From positions 1 to 41,582 of the forward strand of contig LBYO01000003.1 in the NCBI GenBank assembly GCA_000996205.1: DNA of 41,582 bases, in the 5' to 3' direction. This document shows, piece after piece, positions 39,680 to 41,582 of the stretch. Positions within the stretch are counted from its first letter, which is position 1, and the number at the start of each line of letters is the position of its first letter. The DNA comes from Parcubacteria group bacterium GW2011_GWA1_40_21. GTDB taxonomy: Bacteria; Patescibacteriota; Minisyncoccia; Phycocordibacterales; GWA1-40-21. Below the pieces are notes generated by a model. It ran no database searches and was not told the DNA's origin. It saw nothing but the letters and a program-made list of their open reading frames with translations. A program made the translations under genes and the position numbers.

Positions 39680-39708
39680 AAACAATCCCGCTTAAAGCGG
39701 GATTGTTT
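39680..39708 (+). terminator. Intrinsic terminator
   Basis: aaacaatcccgctt-a-aagcgggattgttt. Confidence 0.8.
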
Positions 39709-39824
39709 CGTCTGCTTGATTTTAAGATTGAGCGGTGGAATAATTATTAAAAGTGTTGTTCTTTGAATATTGCCATCTGAATGTTTTTTACCCCGAATCT
39801 ATCAATTTTTAGGAGGGTTATTGA

Positions 39825-40142
39825 ATGATGAAGATAAAAAAGTTTTTGAAGTTTTACATGGCTTCTATATTATTTGTTTTTATCCCTTTTTTAGTTTTAC
39901 AATCGGGAAAAGGCGCTGAGCAGGAACAAATAAACACACAAAGTCATAAAATAAAAAAAATAGTTGTAATAATCACCGAAGAGTTTGAACCGAGAGGAAG
40001 GGCAATATGCGAGACTGCTAACGGAGTGGTTTACGGTGATTGGATGGATGTTGAAAACGCTATTGTGGAACGCAAAATAATGAAAGTAAGATTCGGCAAA
40101 AGTAATAAGTTTTGGATTCAATACGACAAGTGGCCGTATTAA
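39825..40142 (+). CDS. Hypothetical exported or membrane protein (AT-rich orphan)
   Basis: 105 aa; SD aggagg; N-terminal hydrophobic segment; hairpin downstream. Confidence 0.7.
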   Translation: MMKIKKFLKFYMASILFVFIPFLVLQSGKGAEQEQINTQSHKIKKIVVIITEEFEPRGRAICETANGVVYGDWMDVENAIVERKIMKVRFGKSNKFWIQYDKWPY

Positions 40143-40229
40143 TTAAGGCTTTAGTTTTTTAGAGAGGCGCGTTTGTTTGGATGCGCCTCTTTGTCTTTTA
40201 AATATTATGATATAATTCTTTGTGAAGTT

Positions 40230-40433
40230 ATGGAAAATGAAATTTTGAAAAAAATTGAGGAGCAGGGAAAGAAAATTGAGGAAATATTTGTTTCGGTTGA
40301 AAAAACGAGAAAATATTTTCTTTGGACTTTGATTATAAGCGCGGCATTTGTAATCTTGCCAATTATAGGATTAATGCTTGTAATTCCTCAATTTTTAAAC
40401 ACTTTGAATGTGGCAAGTGGTTTAGGACTATAA
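40230..40433 (+). CDS. Small membrane protein
   Basis: MENEILKKIEEQ..KIEEIF.SVEKTRKYF followed by a TM helix; ATG 40230 preferred. Confidence 0.75.
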   Translation: MENEILKKIEEQGKKIEEIFVSVEKTRKYFLWTLIISAAFVILPIIGLMLVIPQFLNTLNVASGLGL

Positions 40434-40463
40434 ATATTTTAATAATTTAATTTTTTAAAAAAA

Positions 40464-40904
40464 ATGACAAAATCGCAAAAATTTTCAATTCTTATACTTA
40501 GGCTATCGCTCGGTTTTTTAATGTTCTACGCCGGCATTACCAAAGTGACGGACTCGTCATGGTCGGCGGCCGGATACATCAAAGGGGCGAAAGCATTCAG
40601 CCCTCTTTATAATTTTCTATTAAATCCTTCGGTTTTGCCCGTTATAAACTTCCTAAATGAATGGGGACTGACGCTTTTGGGCATATCCTTAATTTTCGGC
40701 GTTTTTGTCAGATTGAGCTCGGTTCTCGGCATCGCTTTGATGATTCTCTATTATCTGCCAATTTTAAAATTCCCTTATGTCGGCGAACATTCTTATCTTG
40801 TGGACGAGCACATAATCTATTCCGCCGTTCTTTTTTTGCTCTTGATCTTTAACGCCGGCAGAATTTTCGGATTTGACGGCTGGTTTTACAGATTCCGCAG
40901 ATAA
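40464..40904 (+). CDS. DoxX family membrane protein
   Basis: LRLSLG..MFYAG.TKV, G..LIFG.FVRLSS..G..LM.LYY, AGRIFGFD. Confidence 0.88.
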   Translation: MTKSQKFSILILRLSLGFLMFYAGITKVTDSSWSAAGYIKGAKAFSPLYNFLLNPSVLPVINFLNEWGLTLLGISLIFGVFVRLSSVLGIALMILYYLPILKFPYVGEHSYLVDEHIIYSAVLFLLLIFNAGRIFGFDGWFYRFRR

Positions 40905-40917
40905 ATTTATATATTAA

Positions 40918-41027
40918 CTTTGAATTACGAAACGCAAAAATTCAGGCCATCGGGTCGCAAAATCCCTTTATCTTCTAAATGTTTTTGCTCAACCTGACCT
41001 GATTTTTTTGCATTTTGCAATTTGGGG
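40918..41027 (+). mobile_element. MITE-like hairpin element, copy 3
   Basis: Aligns along its length with 30056-30173 and with the reverse complement of 4241-4350. Confidence 0.8.
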
Positions 41028-41057
41028 AATAATGTATTGACTTTGCGATTCATTTAG

Positions 41058-41561
41058 GCGAAAATTCTATCAAAAGTCATAATCACTGAATACAGCGATT
41101 TTCAGTGCCCGGCTTGCGCTTCGTATTATGAAATTGTGAAGCAGATTCATAAAGAATTCGGCGACAAGCTGGCTATTGTTTACAGGCATTTTCCGCTCCG
41201 ACAAATACACGCAAACGCGGAAACAGCCGCTTTGTCCGCGGAAGCCGCCGGCAAGCAAGGCAAGTTTTGGGAAATGCACGATATGATTTTTGAAAAACAA
41301 AAAAAATGGGAGAGTGAGAAAAATACCAAAGAAATTTTTACTGGATATGCTGAAGAACTGGGGTTGAATCCGGAACAATTTAAGAAGGATTTGAATTCAA
41401 AAGAAGTTAAAGAAAAAGTTGAAGCTGATTATCAAAGCGGGGTTAAAGCCGGGGTAAATCATACGCCTACTTTCTTTTTAAACGGCAAGGAAATCCAAAA
41501 TCCGCGAAGCTATGAGGAATTTAAAAATATAATAAATGAAGCTGAGTCCAAAAAAACATAA
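41058..41561 (+). pseudogene. DsbA/BdbD-family thiol-disulfide oxidoreductase, 5'-truncated or with a non-canonical start
   Basis: EYSDFQCPAC lies upstream of the first GTG (41136); in-frame TAG at 41055; YRHFPL, GKFWEMHD, GV..TPTFFLNG. Confidence 0.75.
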
Positions 41562-41582
41562 GTTTTTATACTTCACTTTTCT

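Noticed and set aside
32050-39700. Genomic island integrated at tRNA-Thr
   Set aside because: No integrase and no duplicated tRNA 3' end found downstream.

Overview
Bacterial chromosomal window, genetic code 11 (TGA is used as a stop). It is most likely from a Patescibacteria/CPR (Parcubacteria-like) genome, inferred from gene content and style. It carries a minor type IV pilin cluster, ligA, yqeY, rmuC, rplU, a flavodoxin-fold oxidoreductase, LOG, FKBP, tgt, uvrB-uvrA-uvrC, gatC-gatA, a HI0933/BaiN flavoprotein, a DEAD-box helicase, rplY, a coiled-coil lytic transglycosylase, rpmE, prfA, rpsB-tsf, tRNA-Thr(UGU), a 2356-aa surface protein, DoxX and a 5'-truncated DsbA. The striking feature is a dense, multi-family set of small repeats with no transposase in the window: inverted 7-mer and 9-mer arrays, REP-like palindromes, 73-nt and 110-120-nt hairpin elements with covarying stems, and nested combinations of these. 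They occupy many intergenic gaps. They are also inserted in frame in proteins: three prepilin leader peptides, LigA, UvrB, UvrC and the HI0933 protein. Direct-repeat copies bracket small gene cassettes (rmuC, a GNAT+DUF1284-like pair, arsR). I also found a displaced duplicate of the uvrB 3' end, an unannotated 38-aa protamine/H1-like peptide and signs of widespread leaderless transcription.
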